Positions 1-13,759 of a DNA stretch of 64,000 nucleotides are shown here, in pieces. Below the pieces are notes generated by a model that saw only the letters and a list, made by a program, of their open reading frames with translations, was not told the origin of the DNA and did no database searches. Source of the DNA: Obrimoposthia wandeli (taxonomy: Eukaryota); assembly GCA_977020255.1 (NCBI GenBank), contig CDROCS010003961.1, positions 186,001-250,000 of the forward strand, written 5' to 3'. Numbering within the stretch: position 1 is the first letter of the stretch; each line of letters starts with the position of its first letter. The translations under genes were made by a program, and so were the position numbers.

Positions 1-1862
1 ATTGGTCATACAATGTTCAATAATACAACCAGTTTCAACATTATTGAACTTTCAGAATTACATTTTTACAACTTTCACTACTACTGCATTAGTGTCAAAA
101 TTAATATTATATCGAAGTGACATTTCTTTCCATGATACATTTGAAACAATCAGTTTTAAAATATATGGTCATGGATGATAATATCTACTAAGGCCTTGTA
201 TTGGTGTATTATCAAATTCCTAATAGGATATTTTACATTAACAAAATATACAATTTAGGAGATCATTAGGCCCAGATTTATCTAGCTTGTTAAATACTGC
301 CTTTAAATTATTGCCTTTAAAATAAGAGATCAATGAAAAATATCGATTCAATTCTAATCTATACATTTGACTTTCATTTTCATATATTCCATTTTTCTTG
401 TAGTTAATTGCCTATTTACAGTTCTATAATAAATTAAATAATCTGATACACCATAGCATTTCATTTTCTAAAATGAAAATTAGGCTACTTTCATAGCACA
501 AAAACAATATATTTGAAATGATTGGCATAACATCATTATAAAATTTCAATACTTAAGTTCAACAATTATAACCTTTCCACTTGAGAATACGATAACACAT
601 AATGAATTATAGTTAATTTATTTTAAGAGCAGATAATAATTCTAGTTCGTATATACGCCGTCGTCTTAACTTCTTTGATAATTGATGGAAATGGACACTC
701 TTTCTAATTTCTTTAGTCACTGTGACTGACTGAATTATTTCTATTTTATACAATATTTGTTAATTCCGGATTTTAATTGGTTTCTTACATCCTATTAATC
801 GACAACTTCCTAATAAATGTAGATATATTTTAATGAATACATTCTTGGTTTGAAAATAACTAAAGTATAATCTGCATGCTTTTCTATGTATTTATTTATG
901 CTATATTTCCAAAATATGGAGAAGTATACGCTTATAGACGTTTGAAACCAATATGGAAAATTATCGAAAGATTTATAATATTATAAACTATTAATAAATA
1001 TGGATATTTTCTTATTTTATCTTATTATATTGACCAACAACCTTATTGACTATAATCAATATATAAACTTTGAGCGAGATGCTGGTGGCATATCTGCGAA
1101 AGCAGGTCTCATATAACTTAAATTGTTATTTATTTGAAATCAGTGTAACATTTAAGTTATGATAAATTTAGCGCAAATTTGATTTTGAATTTGTTTTATT
1201 TAACTCAAATCTAAATTTCGTGTATTTATTTGAAATCAGTGCAAAATTTAAAGTTACATTGAATTATTTCAGTTCATCAAACTCAATTTAATAAAAATCT
1301 GTTCTAATGGAGTAAAATGATCGATTTGAAAAGTTGAATTTAAAATCAGTGTTAAATTTTTGTAGGGGAAAATTCTGAAATCAAACTAAACGTATAAAAA
1401 TAGTATCAAATGATAACCCATGAAAATAAGTGACAATTCGGCGGCACATACATTGGTGAGAAAGCCTTCTACAGAAAAAAGTCTGTGTAAAGCAAGGGAT
1501 AAAACTGCCTTACTCATAACATCATAAATTGTACTATGCAGTCTCATATCAGTCATAAACTTTATTCTAAAAATATACGTTTGTATAAGGATCTAACATT
1601 CTCTGAAAATAATGATATTTGTTTACATTTGCATTTTATGAAGAAAGAAGATAAAATTTAAAATTAAAAAAACATATACAAGCCCGCGGTCGTCCTACAC
1701 ATTTCGATGTGGTTAGATTACTGGGAATTTTGTGCACTTTCGATTTAAAAATTAATTTAAAATGTAATTTTAGTTTCTGTGTATGTTCATTAATAAAAAA
1801 TAAATAATTTCTTGAAAAAGTTTCAGTTAAAACAAACAATAAAGGTCAAAGGGGACACTCAC

Positions 1863-1988
1863 AACACCCCACCACAGAGCGTCGGCGTAACTGTTGATCT
1901 TCTTGTTTTTGTCTTTCTCCACAAGATATATGAGAAAAGAACTGAAAATGAGTCCAAGAAAGCCAATGTAGACAGTTGTGAAGAGTTC
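1863..1988 (-). CDS. KCNQ: KCNQ/Kv7 channel exon (S5, turret, pore helix): [42 protein letters not shown]
   Basis: 126-bp exon with ttacag| acceptor and |gtgagt donor, phase 0/0. Translation matches KCNQ S5 through ADALWWG. Same size as KCNQ2 exon 5. The next exon (GYG filter) was not found and should lie left of the window. Confidence 0.96.
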
Positions 1989-3472
1989 CTGTAAACAGAA
2001 AAGATGAATTATGGATCTTTACAATTAGAATAACAACTTTCAATTGATCAATTACGATTATATAAAATTGTCGAATTTGTTAATTGAACTAAAATCGATA
2101 GCGATATATAACTTAAAGTGGTATTAATCAGAAAATTGGGATTTTTATATTATTATTTCTAAACAATACATCAATATTTAATACATATATTAATATATAC
2201 TACTTATATACATAGAATCAGCACACAAAATAAAATAGTTGTCTTAAATATGATTTATATACAGAACAAACAACTTTAAATCGCTTCTCCCCTTTTTTAA
2301 ATCAAATATCAAATAAACTTTTATCTCAATATTATTCACACATTAAATCTTTTGTTAATATATATTTGCAGCATTGAAAGAGTTTTGTCATCAAATTTTA
2401 AACGAAAATTCACAAATTTGAAAGTTTTAGAAAGAGTTAATTAAATTATATTAATTTTTACTACATTATAATGGTCAAATTAAATACTGTAGTATATAAT
2501 TCCAAACACTTGGAATCAGGGTTACACACTAGCAAAAGCACTGAAGCATGTTCTTTCAAAGAAATTTACAAATTATACAAAATACCACGAAATATTTCAA
2601 CAACTTTCTTAGAAAAGCTGTGTAACTGTTTCATTTGGGAAACACAAAATTTAGAGTGAAAATTGTTCAGTAAGACTTTATGTGTTTTATTTATTATGAA
2701 TGTTTCTACAAGCATGGTCCAACTACTTCCAGTGATGAGTAATCTAAGTGAGAACGTTTTTTACACTTACAATATCTTCGCGAATAAAATTAAAAGTTTG
2801 TATTTTAAGCAAATGCATACTTTTAAAAAATACACAGGGCGGATCCAGAGGATCCTTTCATAAATTAGGATGGTGCCTATTTTTTATTTGATGCATTGTT
2901 TCATTCAATGTATTGAGTCATTACTAATGACTATCTCGAAGTTCCACGCTGATTATGGTATTTTAATTTTTGTAAGTGTCAATATTATTATAAGTCAAGC
3001 AAAATACACAGCACAACTAAAGCTAGTGATCAGTTTCCCAAACCACATACAGCATACTCATAAATACGAATAGAAAACTAACTATACAGAAAGGCGTCCA
3101 ATAAAAGTCCAATAATACTAAGAGATAAATAGGCTGACAGTCAGCAAGCCAGAACACTAGGCGTGACACAAATATACAGAGACACGTAAGGAATTTTACA
3201 AGTTAGTAAGATGGAGCATAGAGTAAGCACAATTACTGATGGAATATGTTAGCTAAATCTTTAATCGATATAGTATTGTTGTTTGACTGTTTTATGATGC
3301 ACATATTGTTGACGCTAATTTAGAAAGAAAGAGTATTTTCGAAATATAAGTATTATTATAAATATTATTAAATAAATTTATAATTGATAAATATTTATCT
3401 GTTTTTTTTATATAAAATATAAAGAAAGTATCGCAATGCCAGTGTGACATTATATTTTTAACTCAATGTAAC

Positions 3473-4176
3473 TGTTAGGATTAGAAAACTAAAATAAATA
3501 ATAACAATTATTTATACAAAAAAAATCTACCTTAAAAATCAAAGTCTCAAGGAAATTGGAATCGATAGTATAATATAGTAAAGAGTTAGATTGGCGGATA
3601 GTAAGGCACGGGGAATATTTTGAAGGGTGATTATAGCAGGAGGTGTATAAAAATATACGCATAGAAAAGTGTCAACCGTATTGTGAATTTCTGTAGTAAT
3701 TTTAGGAAGTTCTAAGTGTGTTAAGTTAAATATAAGAAGATTCGTTTCGAGTTTGTGAACTCCTTTGTGAAATTCGTGTGCTCCCTAACATAAAGGTTAG
3801 CCGAGGGACAACCCACGAGACATTATTCCATGTGCTGACTGATTCAGATGAGTATTGCCTACGTCGATTGGTCCCGACTCAGTTTCATTGATATTCGTTC
3901 TTGGTGTTGCCAGACCCTTCTGACGTAAAAAGCTAACTCAGCAGATAAACAATCCACCCTACGCTACATCACACAAAACTAGTTTTGGGGTCCCACTAGC
4001 TATTCTGTGAACACACCACAAAACAATAAGACAGAAAACTGTCAGATTGAGACTAGAATTATGTAAGAAAAGAACCGATAGGCCACATCCCTATGTAAGC
4101 CTTATCGCTATAGAACTCAAGTTGAAGGCATCCATACGAGTATCTAATAGACGAGTTTCAATTAGAAACCCCAACA
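3473..4176 (+). mobile_element. Solo LTR, probably Ty3/Gypsy type, family copy A (704 bp)
   Basis: Begins TGTTAGGATTAG and ends AGAAACCCCAACA like copy B. Shares the 3' motif block (AGGCCACA...CTATAGAACTCA.GTTG...). Flanks TAAC/AAAC are a 4-bp TSD with one mismatch. Confidence 0.75.
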
Positions 4177-5179
4177 AAACTAAAAAGTATGTAGTTAGTT
4201 GTACTTTATTTTAATTTCAATGTATGTAAATCTGGAAATTATATTTGATCACCCGACCGTATTACTTGTTGATTTTACATACATTTGAATATAAAATTAT
4301 TTACCTCTAAATCAGTCATTGTTAATACGAAATTATTTTGTTATTGATTTCGCGCCTACCTACCAGTTTTTTTGTTTTTATCAGAATTTTGTTGTCATGA
4401 GTTTGGCGTATTGAGACTGCACCATGTCATCAATCTCTATTTAACTTTAATAGGTAAAAAATTCTTCGTAGGTCTGATTTAGATCCAATTCCTAATTTGC
4501 TAAGTTGTCCTCTTTGATATGCATGAACTTTCAGTCGTTTAGAATATGTAATACTTTGTAAACCAAAAATGAATCCAAAAAACGTATTATTTGGTAATAT
4601 AAGAAAGAATTAAATGAAAATTTCGATTATCTGAATAATATGAAGAGTCTTGGTAAATAGTAATTACTACCTCATATTCCGTATCAAAAATCAATTGACA
4701 CAAATTTGATCATGAGTTTGTGAACAGATATTTTTTTGGAAAGTTGGTCTTCTATTTAAAAACGAGCAGAATTACACATACACAGTTTGTAGATATTATC
4801 AGTGGGTACCAATTTAACACACGGCCTGTGACTATACGTGAACTCGAATTGTAGCTGAATCTATTAAAGTGCAGGTTTCTAACATTGCTCTAATGATGCA
4901 ACCAAAACTTATCGCAAACATTTCAAATTGTACTGCCAGTATTGCTTAATCGAATTAATGAATTATTAATTAGTGAAACACGTGTGTAAAGTCTTCACTA
5001 TCAAAAATTGAAGGTTAATTATAATATATTGATTTTGCTATACATATTTATATTTATGTTGTCATCAAACTTGTAAGCAAAATAGAATATTCGTAAATTA
5101 AAAGGACATTTTTGTCTACTTGGACATAAAAAAGTAATCCATCTTATTTGTATCCATGAAGCTTTCCCACGAAACAAAT

Positions 5180-5700
5180 TAAGATCCAAAGGATTTTATT
5201 TTGATGAAAAGAAGGATTTCAAAGTGGCTCAAGAATGTAACAATTCACAACGAAGAAGAAATTAGTGGAAGAAAGTGTGAAGCGGTGTGGATTATTTTGA
5301 CCTCAGATTTAGATATGAGAAAGATTTGTTGTTTATGTTTGCCTCAAAAATTAATGGAAAATGAAAACAACAGTAAAATATGGATAATGGAAGATGAGAC
5401 GTGTATAAAATGTTCTCCTCAGTCATGGCAATCAACCACCAAGGTATCAACGCAGCGGCCCAATATCAAACGTTGCAGAATCAGTTCCAACAGCTAATCA
5501 TTGTTTTCAGTGACGATAAAAAATCTTCAATACAGTGTACCACTAAAGTTGAGTCTATCAATGCAGAATATTACTAAAATTATGTTAAAGCACCCAATAG
5601 AAATTTCGTCTGGAGAGGTTACCGAAAAGAATTTACCAGAAGATATTTTGTGACCATATTTTGTGAATTTCACAACCGCTTTCTTACACGAAGAATTAAT
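5180..5700 (+). pseudogene. Highly decayed mariner-like transposase remnant
   Basis: ILTSDLDMRKICCLCLPQKL resembles mariner IL..dL.MRK.cA.WVP..L, followed by EDET. Many disablements. Confidence 0.4.
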
Positions 5701-7800
5701 TGAAACAATGATTCAATTGCCATTTTCAAAGGATTTAAATTAATGTTCGATTAACATTTTTTGAAAAGCTATAAAGCAAGTGACAACGAAGGAAACATAT
5801 GAGAATGGAATCCCAGTAAAAAAGAGACACTGTTTATATGTTTGATGTTATAAAAATCCTCATTTATGCCTAAAATATATTTTAGAGTCTTCGTTTTATT
5901 AGTTCTTAGTTTCCCAGTCATGCTATTATCATATTATAAGATAAAATTGATAATGCATCTGACAATACTCTCTGAAATTTCATTGACAATTTTTATCTCT
6001 TAAAAAAATGAAATCTCAGTAAGAGTGACTGTGTTTTATTTTATAATACGAAATGTTCAATTTGATTCGGCCGATTTTGAGTCGTATAGGCTTCACGGAT
6101 GAGCAAATATGCAAGCTGTTCTACACGATATCAGTCGACCGGGAAAACACCAACAGGATGAAGCAACACTCCATTTCATAACGGTCATAATTGCTTCTAC
6201 CGTTCTAAAATCAAGAATCATCGAATGTTTGAAGAAATTCTAAAGTCACTATCGACTATGACCGATTATGTGTCACATCCCCAATAAAACTAAAAATAGC
6301 GAGTGGTACTTTTAAGTGAGATTGTTGTACACTTGTGCAATTATCGTCTGAGAAACACGCAGCGCTTAATTACCAAACCATTTTCGAGTGACATTGGTGA
6401 ATTATTTTAATCATTGTTCATTCGCGACGGCGCGTTAATTCATCGAATTCCTTTTCTTAAAGAAAATTATGGGATTCTAAAATGTAACAAATAATAACTT
6501 TTTAATTTTCATCTCGTTAGGAGTTTGATACAGTGACATGGTCAGAAAACACAAAATAACCGTTCAAGGATCTAGAATTGACGAGCATTTGAAATCTACA
6601 CAAGAATGAAAATGGCATGATCAGATTGTAACACTTTGAATTATGTCTTTTTCGAGTTGGTGTAAAGAGCGTCACTAAGTCGCCTATATAGACATAAAAT
6701 CACAACCTAAATTTTTGGCCCATGTCGGTGCTTGTTTTTTGTGCTTCTTAATCAAAATGCAAAACTTTGTGTTAATAATGTTAGAATTATGTTTTATTAA
6801 TTTACATTATCGATATTTTTAGAGTTAATTCGTAAATTTTGTATTTTTTTTACAGTTTCTCCCGTTTTATAAACGATTTGATTATAGATTTTGATGTGAA
6901 TGATATTGCAACTGTTAATTTTGGAGATGCGATAGTTTATCAATGTGAATCTCAGAATTTTCTGGAGCCCATACAAAACCATTGATTGAGGAAACTTCTT
7001 CAGGTAAACGAAAGGGGGGATCCATCTCGGCATAATATGACTTCTGTTAGGATTAGGATTTGATAAATTTTAAATAATTAATCTAATTTATATCAAAATA
7101 AAATCCTTGAAAGTAAGGTTATAAATTAAATAAAAAATTATATTGTTAAAATAAATCGATGAGAGTAAAAGGCAAATTAAATATTTAGGACCTTGAAAGG
7201 TCATGTTCAATGTGTTGTATATAAGGAAGTTAAAGTTAAATTAAAAAGGACCAAAAAATTAATTAAGAAATAGAAGAAGAACAAGAATTAAGGTAATATT
7301 AGCAATTAATTGAATTATTCAACAAGAATTAAGGTCAAACGTCAGAAATCTCGCGACGCAGCAGCAACAGTGAATCATCGTGAGTCACCCAGGAAGTAAG
7401 GTGATATTAGAAATTGATTGAATTATTCATCACACAATTAAGGTCAACTGTCAGAAATCTCTGCCCATTGTGAATCACCAGCCGACAAGAGGATTATTGC
7501 TCGCGGACACACAGTCGCTTATCTCGGTCAAGAGTGGAAATTAGCAGACACACACAAGAAAATAGAAGCAACAGCTGTTTCGTGGGGTGAGTGTCGATTA
7601 GTAATCAGATCGATTAATCATTGCCTTGTAGGACCGTAAGAAGAGAAGGAAGGAAATTCGAGTGACAGCGACACACCACGAGAAATTTAGACTATATAAG
7701 TCTAAATTATTATTAAATTTGGCAGTAGCAGTTATTATTTTGCCGAAAGTTGGAATCAGAAAGACTCGTGATTAAATCCGAGCGGAAATTTGTTAAGGAA

Positions 7801-7950
7801 AATCTCGGCGATAGATTCCGAGTACCCAAATCAAGAGCGACAATTTGTTAAAGAAAGTCTCGACGATAGATTCCGAGCACCCCAATCAAGAGCGACAATT
7901 TGTTAAAGAAAAACTCGGCGATAGATTCCGAGCAACCAGATCAAGAGAAG
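7801..7950 (+). repeat. About 56-bp tandem repeat x3 inside solo LTR B
   Basis: CTCGGCGATAGATTCCGAG.ACC..ATCAAGAGCGACAATTTGTTAAAGAAA repeated. Confidence 0.85.
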
Positions 7951-8157
7951 CAAAAAGCGAAAACAAAGAAGAAGTACAACTAAAAGCGAGGAGAGACCGT
8001 CAGAATCACCCAGAGCGAGAACCGTACAGTGTGATCACAGCACGTCAAGGGTACCGAGTAAAGGATTCGACCGACATCTGAGGAGGCCAATATAGACCGG
8101 ACGCCAGGTTATACGGAAGAGGTAAGGAACAAGCGCGGAGATAAAAGTAGAACGTGC

Positions 8158-8390
8158 TTTTAAATAAGTAATTGTGAAGCCGATTTTGGAGAATTTATAA
8201 GTCGATTTTAAATAAGTAATTGTGAAGCCGATTTTGGAGAATTTATAACTCGATTTTAAATAAGTAATTGTGAAGCCGATTTTGGAGAATTGAGAATTTG
8301 ATTTAAATAGTAAATTGAAGACGATTTTGAAAATTTAGAGCTTGATTAAAAAAGCAATTTGGAAGTCGATTTTGAAAGTTTTGAGCCGTA
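8158..8390 (+). repeat. About 48-bp tandem repeat x3 plus decayed copies inside solo LTR B
   Basis: TTTTAAATAAGTAATTGTGAAGCCGATTTTGGAGAATTTATAA.TCGA repeated, degrading rightwards. Confidence 0.85.
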
Positions 8391-8986
8391 ATTTATAAAT
8401 TGGATATCGTACAATTTGATAAATATATAAATTTGGTATCGTAAAATTTGATATCATATAATTTGATTGAAAGCCTCTATAAATTAGAGCAAGTTTTGAT
8501 TTTGTGCAATCACCAAAATACTAGAAAGACTTTTTAAACCTTCAACCCTAAAATTAAAATCGATACGTGGATCATCCCCACTTGTGTATAGACTTACAGA
8601 AGTCTTAGAAATTTTATTGTAACTTTTTAGAAATACGTACTTAAACGTATTGATTCGTGTTAGTCTAGTGTGTTAATAAATAAACGATTTCCTACAACTA
8701 GAAAGCATCGTTCTAAACCCTTCAGATTAAGACACAACAAAAAACCTTCAGATAAGAATTAAGACAGGCAAGCATAACATTAAGTAGGCCACAACCATCT
8801 ACAAGTCCTGCTTCTATAGAACTCACGTTGGGGCCCTCCACTAAAGAGAATCTATATTAGAACACAGTGTTTTCATATAGAAACCCCAACACTTCTAATG
8901 ACGAATCTGTTGATGATTTAAATAGTTCTGCAAATGGAATTATATTCAGTATACCACTTTCATTTAATTCTTCAATGTTTTTAGAG

Positions 8987-9284
8987 CAGGGGATCCCAAA
9001 CTTGTTTAGCTGTAGAACCCTTAAAACGTTTTCCATAACTTGCGGAACCCCTTTTTTATTTTTTTATGAATGAACACAGTTGAGAATTTAAATAATGTCT
9101 TCGAACATAGAATTTTATTTACTTTTATGGAACTTTTTAAAAAAATCGTATACATTGAAAAATACGTTAATCATTCAATAGAACAAACAAATGTTAGATA
9201 ACAGAAATAAATAAAAATCGGACGGAACCCATATTTCTTTGGTGGAACCATAGGGTTCCGCGGAACACATTTTAGGAACCTCTG
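8987..9284. mobile_element. hAT-type MITE (298 bp)
   Basis: Termini CAGGGGATCCCAAA / TTTAGGAACCTCTG, internal GGAACC/GGTTCC motifs, 8-bp TSD TTTTAGAG/TATTAGAG (one mismatch). Confidence 0.8.
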
Positions 9285-10099
9285 TATTAGAGTATAATCT
9301 TTCTTCGTAAATATTTCTTTTTCTGGTTAATTTTAAAAGTGATTTGTAATTTTTAAAGTAGCTACTTTGACACCCATTGTTTAAAGCGCTGTATTTATGT
9401 TTTCATTCAAAAGGCGGTGGTGTATGAAAATGTCATCTTAAGATCATAATTTTCTCTTTGTGGAAGTAACATAATTTAAATTTAGCCACAGATTTTGGCC
9501 GACGTTAACAGAAAATTAGTTAATTTGACTTTCAGCCTAGAGGACAAAAACCCCAATCCATATGGTATTAACAAATAATTCAAAAATTTGTCAATCATTT
9601 TATATAAGCTGTAAATAAATTATAATAACATTTTTATTCAAACTGAAAAATTTCACAATATCCTTTAAATACGAAACAGAATATTTTCTTATGTCGGTTT
9701 CTTCTTTTGTGGAAATTAATTATTTTGTAATAACTTTTACGATCAGTAATTAGATTTCATATTTCGTCAGGGAATAATATTATAATTTTTTTCTACAATA
9801 AGTTTGGTATGATACATTTTTTGCCAAATTTAGGTTCTTTTGGTCATACAAAATATGTCAGTTCTCGGTGAAAAGGTACTTTACTTTACTAAGTACTCAT
9901 CATTTTTGGGATAAAGTACGCATTTTTTAATTATTTTACTTTTAACAGGTTGAATATGTCAAGTCAAAAGAAAAATTTTGTGAAAATAGGATACTTCTAC
10001 ATACTTGTTTGCTATTTTGCCACGAATTTATTTTAAGGCATATGACGTTAAAGATAATTTGAACTGGTGTAACCTGAGATATACATTTTCGACCATTTC

Positions 10100-10238
10100 A
10101 GTTTATGCGAAAATGGGAATTTTTAATCTAAGTAGTATAGCTGGACGATTTGACGGTATTGTGGCACAACAAATAACTACCCCGGAGCTAGTTCATTGCT
10201 GTGCCTCCAAGCTGTGTAATCGTCACTTAAAGAGTTGA
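10100..10238 (+). pseudogene. Possible hAT transposase fragment
   Basis: GRFDGIVAQQITTPELVHCCASKL resembles the hAT G...GV......P....HC..H.L motif. Short and degenerate. Confidence 0.3.
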
Positions 10239-10715
10239 AGATATGTTTTAAGTACTTTTAACCAACTTTTGAGCTATTTTAGACATAATTTAGTACTTTT
10301 TTAAATTAATTGCCAGTACATACCGACATCTTAGCGATCACGTTTTTGATTATAGTAACGTGTAATTTATAAATATTTATATCCTACTTTCAAAAAGACT
10401 CGACTTTACAGCGCGACAGATAATTTCATCTAATCAATTGTTATATGAAAAAATGAGTTCCAAGAAGAATTTTTTGTTGAATCTGAATGCTTTAAAACAC
10501 CTACTAATGATCAAGCGAAATAATAGTGCATAATAAATTTAACATTTGGTCAAAGTGATTAACAGTAATTTGACTAATAAATCTTTGTAATAAAATTAAC
10601 TTACATATTATATTTCCCTTATTATAAGATAAATTTTATTTATTATATTTCGTGATAAAATATCCTTGGGGTTATGTTTATATATAAACATTTATTTTAA
10701 GCCCTATACAACATG

Positions 10716-10985
10716 AGTAGGTGGATGTGTCCGGTCTAATCCACACCCCCTCCCCCCACTGTCCTTTAAAACTGAGCATGTGTGTAGAGTGAAATTTCGT
10801 GCATGTGTGTGGAGTGAAATTTTCTACCCCCCCAACACTCAAAAAAACTATTTAACCCCATATAACACCCTTTAAAATTGAAAATCTCATAGTGCTCTCA
10901 AAAAAGTGAGGAAGGTCCTGAGAGGCCGTCTAGTGAGCAATACATATACAGGGTCGCGAGAAAAAATTTTCCTTATAAGAATTAA
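10716..10985 (+). mobile_element. Orphan left end of the Polinton-type family
   Basis: Starts AGTAGGTGGATGTGTCCGGTCTAATCCAC and is nearly collinear with 20440-20870, with deletions between the subterminal repeats. No matching right end or TSD. Confidence 0.9.
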
Positions 10986-11050
10986 TAAGAAGTTGATATT
11001 TAGTAAAGATTTCAGAAGCGATTGTGAGAAGCCAATCAAAGTAGTCGTAC

Positions 11051-11226
11051 TTGTCGATGGGCCCAAACAACAGAGGCTAGCAGCTTCCAAGAGCCTCCAC
11101 GGCGGTCCATGCGGATCATACGGAGAATCTGGAAGAATCGCAGACCACGGAAGGCACTTGGCACAATTTGCTGCCGGTCACTCCCAATTACGAGCACCAC
11201 AATGCTTGCAATAATTACCACGACAT
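11051..11226 (-). CDS. KCNQ: KCNQ exon (S3-S4 voltage sensor, S4-S5 linker): [59 protein letters not shown]
   Basis: 176-bp exon with cccag| acceptor and |gtacga donor, phase 1/0. Diagnostic [16 protein letters not shown] motif. Confidence 0.97.
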
Positions 11227-12073
11227 CTGGGTAAGTAAGAAAACAATGAAATAAACTTATTTTAATTAAAAAAAATAAATCGACGTTAGTAGCATTTTCA
11301 AAATAAAATAAGTTTTAAAAAATATCGTATATACATGTTTATTGGTCGACTATTTAAGCTATATTATTATATTTTTATAATCGATTTATATGTGTTGTCA
11401 ATTTGAAAACTAAGCCTACAATTAATAACCACCACCATAAACTTGACACAAACAATATTACTGCACAACGTTTGAGGTTATTCAGAAGACGTTGCGCTGC
11501 ATTTTAATAACACAGGTTATGATTTGTCATAAATGAACAATAATTCCGTTTTGAAAAACTGGTGCTTCTATGTCAGATCTTTGAATTAAAAAATTTAATT
11601 TGTTAGTTTTTTTAGATACAAATTGATGATGTACTTATAAATAAAATTGGAGAAAGTGTGAAGCTGACTTTTTCTCAAAAGCGTTATTTTTGTGTAGAAT
11701 GAAAGTTAAATGAAAGTAAAATAGAATGTATCATTTTTGAAAATTGATAAATTTTACATTATGCTTTGCAAATTGGAAATATCAGAATTTGTATCAAAGA
11801 TTGTATTAGAAGTGTCGGTTGTTCATTCAATGCAGATATGCCAATGGTTCAGAAAATTAATAAAACGATAAAGATAGGACATATATCCTGATTCGTCAGT
11901 ATTTTTCCAATGACGTTACAATTATCGTTACAAACTCAGAAGTAATTCAAGATTGGAATTTCAAAAGTCACTACTCTATACTTTCCCAAATAAACAATTG
12001 AATCATATCCAACTTATTCTAAATACGATTTCCATATTAGCATTTCAACAAAAGTAAAATTAAACAGTATATG

Positions 12074-12335
12074 CAGAGCTGTGCTGTGGCTGGATTCGTG
12101 GACCGCTCCTGGCGCCATTTTTAAAAGGTGCTAAAATCTAAAAAACATTTTGAAAATAAATTTACCATATAATTTGTTTATCTGTGAAAACTTATTTGCT
12201 CAGACATGCAATTTAAGAATATAATTCATTCTATTAATTTATTTACATATTTTAAATGATATATAGTTTCTAAAAAATCACATTTTTCCATGGAAGGTGT
12301 AAGTTTTATAATTAAAATATCACAGCACGACCCTG
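12074..12335. mobile_element. Possible old hAT-type MITE
   Basis: Termini CAGAGCTGTGCTGTG / CACAGCACGACCCTG are near inverse complements. The putative 8-bp TSD matches at only 4 of 8 positions. Confidence 0.4.
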
Positions 12336-12928
12336 CGTACAGATGTTATCCTTGAAATCTTAAGCTCGAAGGCCAGTGACATAAGTAAATACCTAATACT
12401 GAATTCAAAATTTCAACAAATGTGTATTTGTTATTTAATATTAGATGTCACACTGTATTTTTATAACACAGTTCAAGTTATATCCATCAGTCAATTTACA
12501 GAATTACACTCTATTGTTGTGGGATACAAATAGGTGATGTGATTAATGGGGGTTGTAAATGTTTTTGCAATTGTAAATTCGGTTGATAAAATAAAGCAGT
12601 TAAAGAATAATTGACTTGAAAAAAAAATGTAGCGAATAGTTTTATACTGTGAATGTTGAATCTGTATATATAAGTAACAAAATTTAATCACGAAAACATT
12701 ATAAATGCCAACTAGAAATGTCTTGTGATTTTTAAGTGACTACAATATTTTAAATTTGATCAAATGTTTCCAAAAATAAATATATCAAACAAGAATAGAA
12801 TAATACAACAAACATAATTGGTTATTTTAATTTGCAAAGATTTCAAAATTATAATCATTATCTTCAATACACAATTGGCATGTGTTTGTTCATTTCTGGA
12901 GCAGCACAACGAGTTAACTAAATATATA

Positions 12929-13662
12929 TGTTAGACCAAATTGTTGTATTGACAACAATTTTGCAAAATTGCAAAATCAAAGCCACAATTTTGCAAAATG
13001 GTTGTTTGATGGTAAATGCTATTATTAATCAAAAGGTGGTTGGGATGAAGTTGGGGTTGGGTCAAAAGCTTGTTATGGCACCTCGAACTACACCTACATC
13101 GGCTGTTGCATTGGACCCCGTTCTGAAAACACTTGCAAGGGCCACTGCTGCATGTCTTGAACACCTCAATCTGTTCCAGTGTTACATTGGCATATTTTTC
13201 ACAAACTGCTCTATATGTAATTCGTGGTCCTCCATGTCCTTTAGCGATATGAGTTGTATGGATCACATTGAAGAGCCCATCAGCACAGATGGATCGCAAA
13301 GCAGTATCTTTTTAGCGAGTTTCCTTACCGCAGTGTCGTCGACGCCATACTGTATAATATCGTATTTCCTCATCAGTCGATAGTCCATGGCACTCTTCTT
13401 TGCATCCGTATACGACTCCAGGTGTCGTAATCTAATCAGGATCTCGTCATATTGTTGTCTCGACATCATAGCAGAGACATTCACTCCTTTGAATTTGATC
13501 ATCTGGGCTATATAATCTTCAAATAGTTTGCGTATTGGATCCATTTTCAAATTGTGAAATAAATATTCTTGTAAATAGAAAAACAAATCGCTTCTATTTT
13601 ACCTAATTAATAAAATAAGCACTATTTTGCAAAATTGTTGTTTTCGCAAATTTTGTCTAACA
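12929..13662 (-). mobile_element. Internally deleted Ginger2/TDD-like (KRBA2-like integrase) DNA transposon, 734 bp
   Basis: TGTTAGAC...GTCTAACA termini, about 40-bp imperfect TIRs, TATA flanks. Minus-strand frames encode an N-terminal region, the integrase Zn-binding segment (HIAKGHGG...YANVT) and a C-terminal Cys cluster (CKC...CNSRCRCSSRCHNK), with the DDE core missing. Confidence 0.8.
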
Positions 13663-13759
13663 TATATATTCAAGCTTCATTATCATAATTTGGTCAATGA
13701 ACCATTGTGATTCAATACTATTTTGACCCAGCTCACTTTACTGTACTCTGAATACCAGA

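Larger units (their letters stand above)
7045..8891 (+). mobile_element. Solo LTR, probably Ty3/Gypsy type, family copy B (1847 bp)
   Basis: TG...CA termini (TGTTAGGATTAG / AAACCCCAACA), perfect 4-bp TSD CTTC (7041-7044, 8892-8895), no coding capacity. Confidence 0.88.

Noticed and set aside
10906-11214. Plus-strand ORFs overlapping KCNQ exons (10906, 1812, 17642) and antisense ORFs within gene A, gene D, HSP110 and pol
   Set aside because: These are shadow frames of real coding sequence on the other strand or frame.
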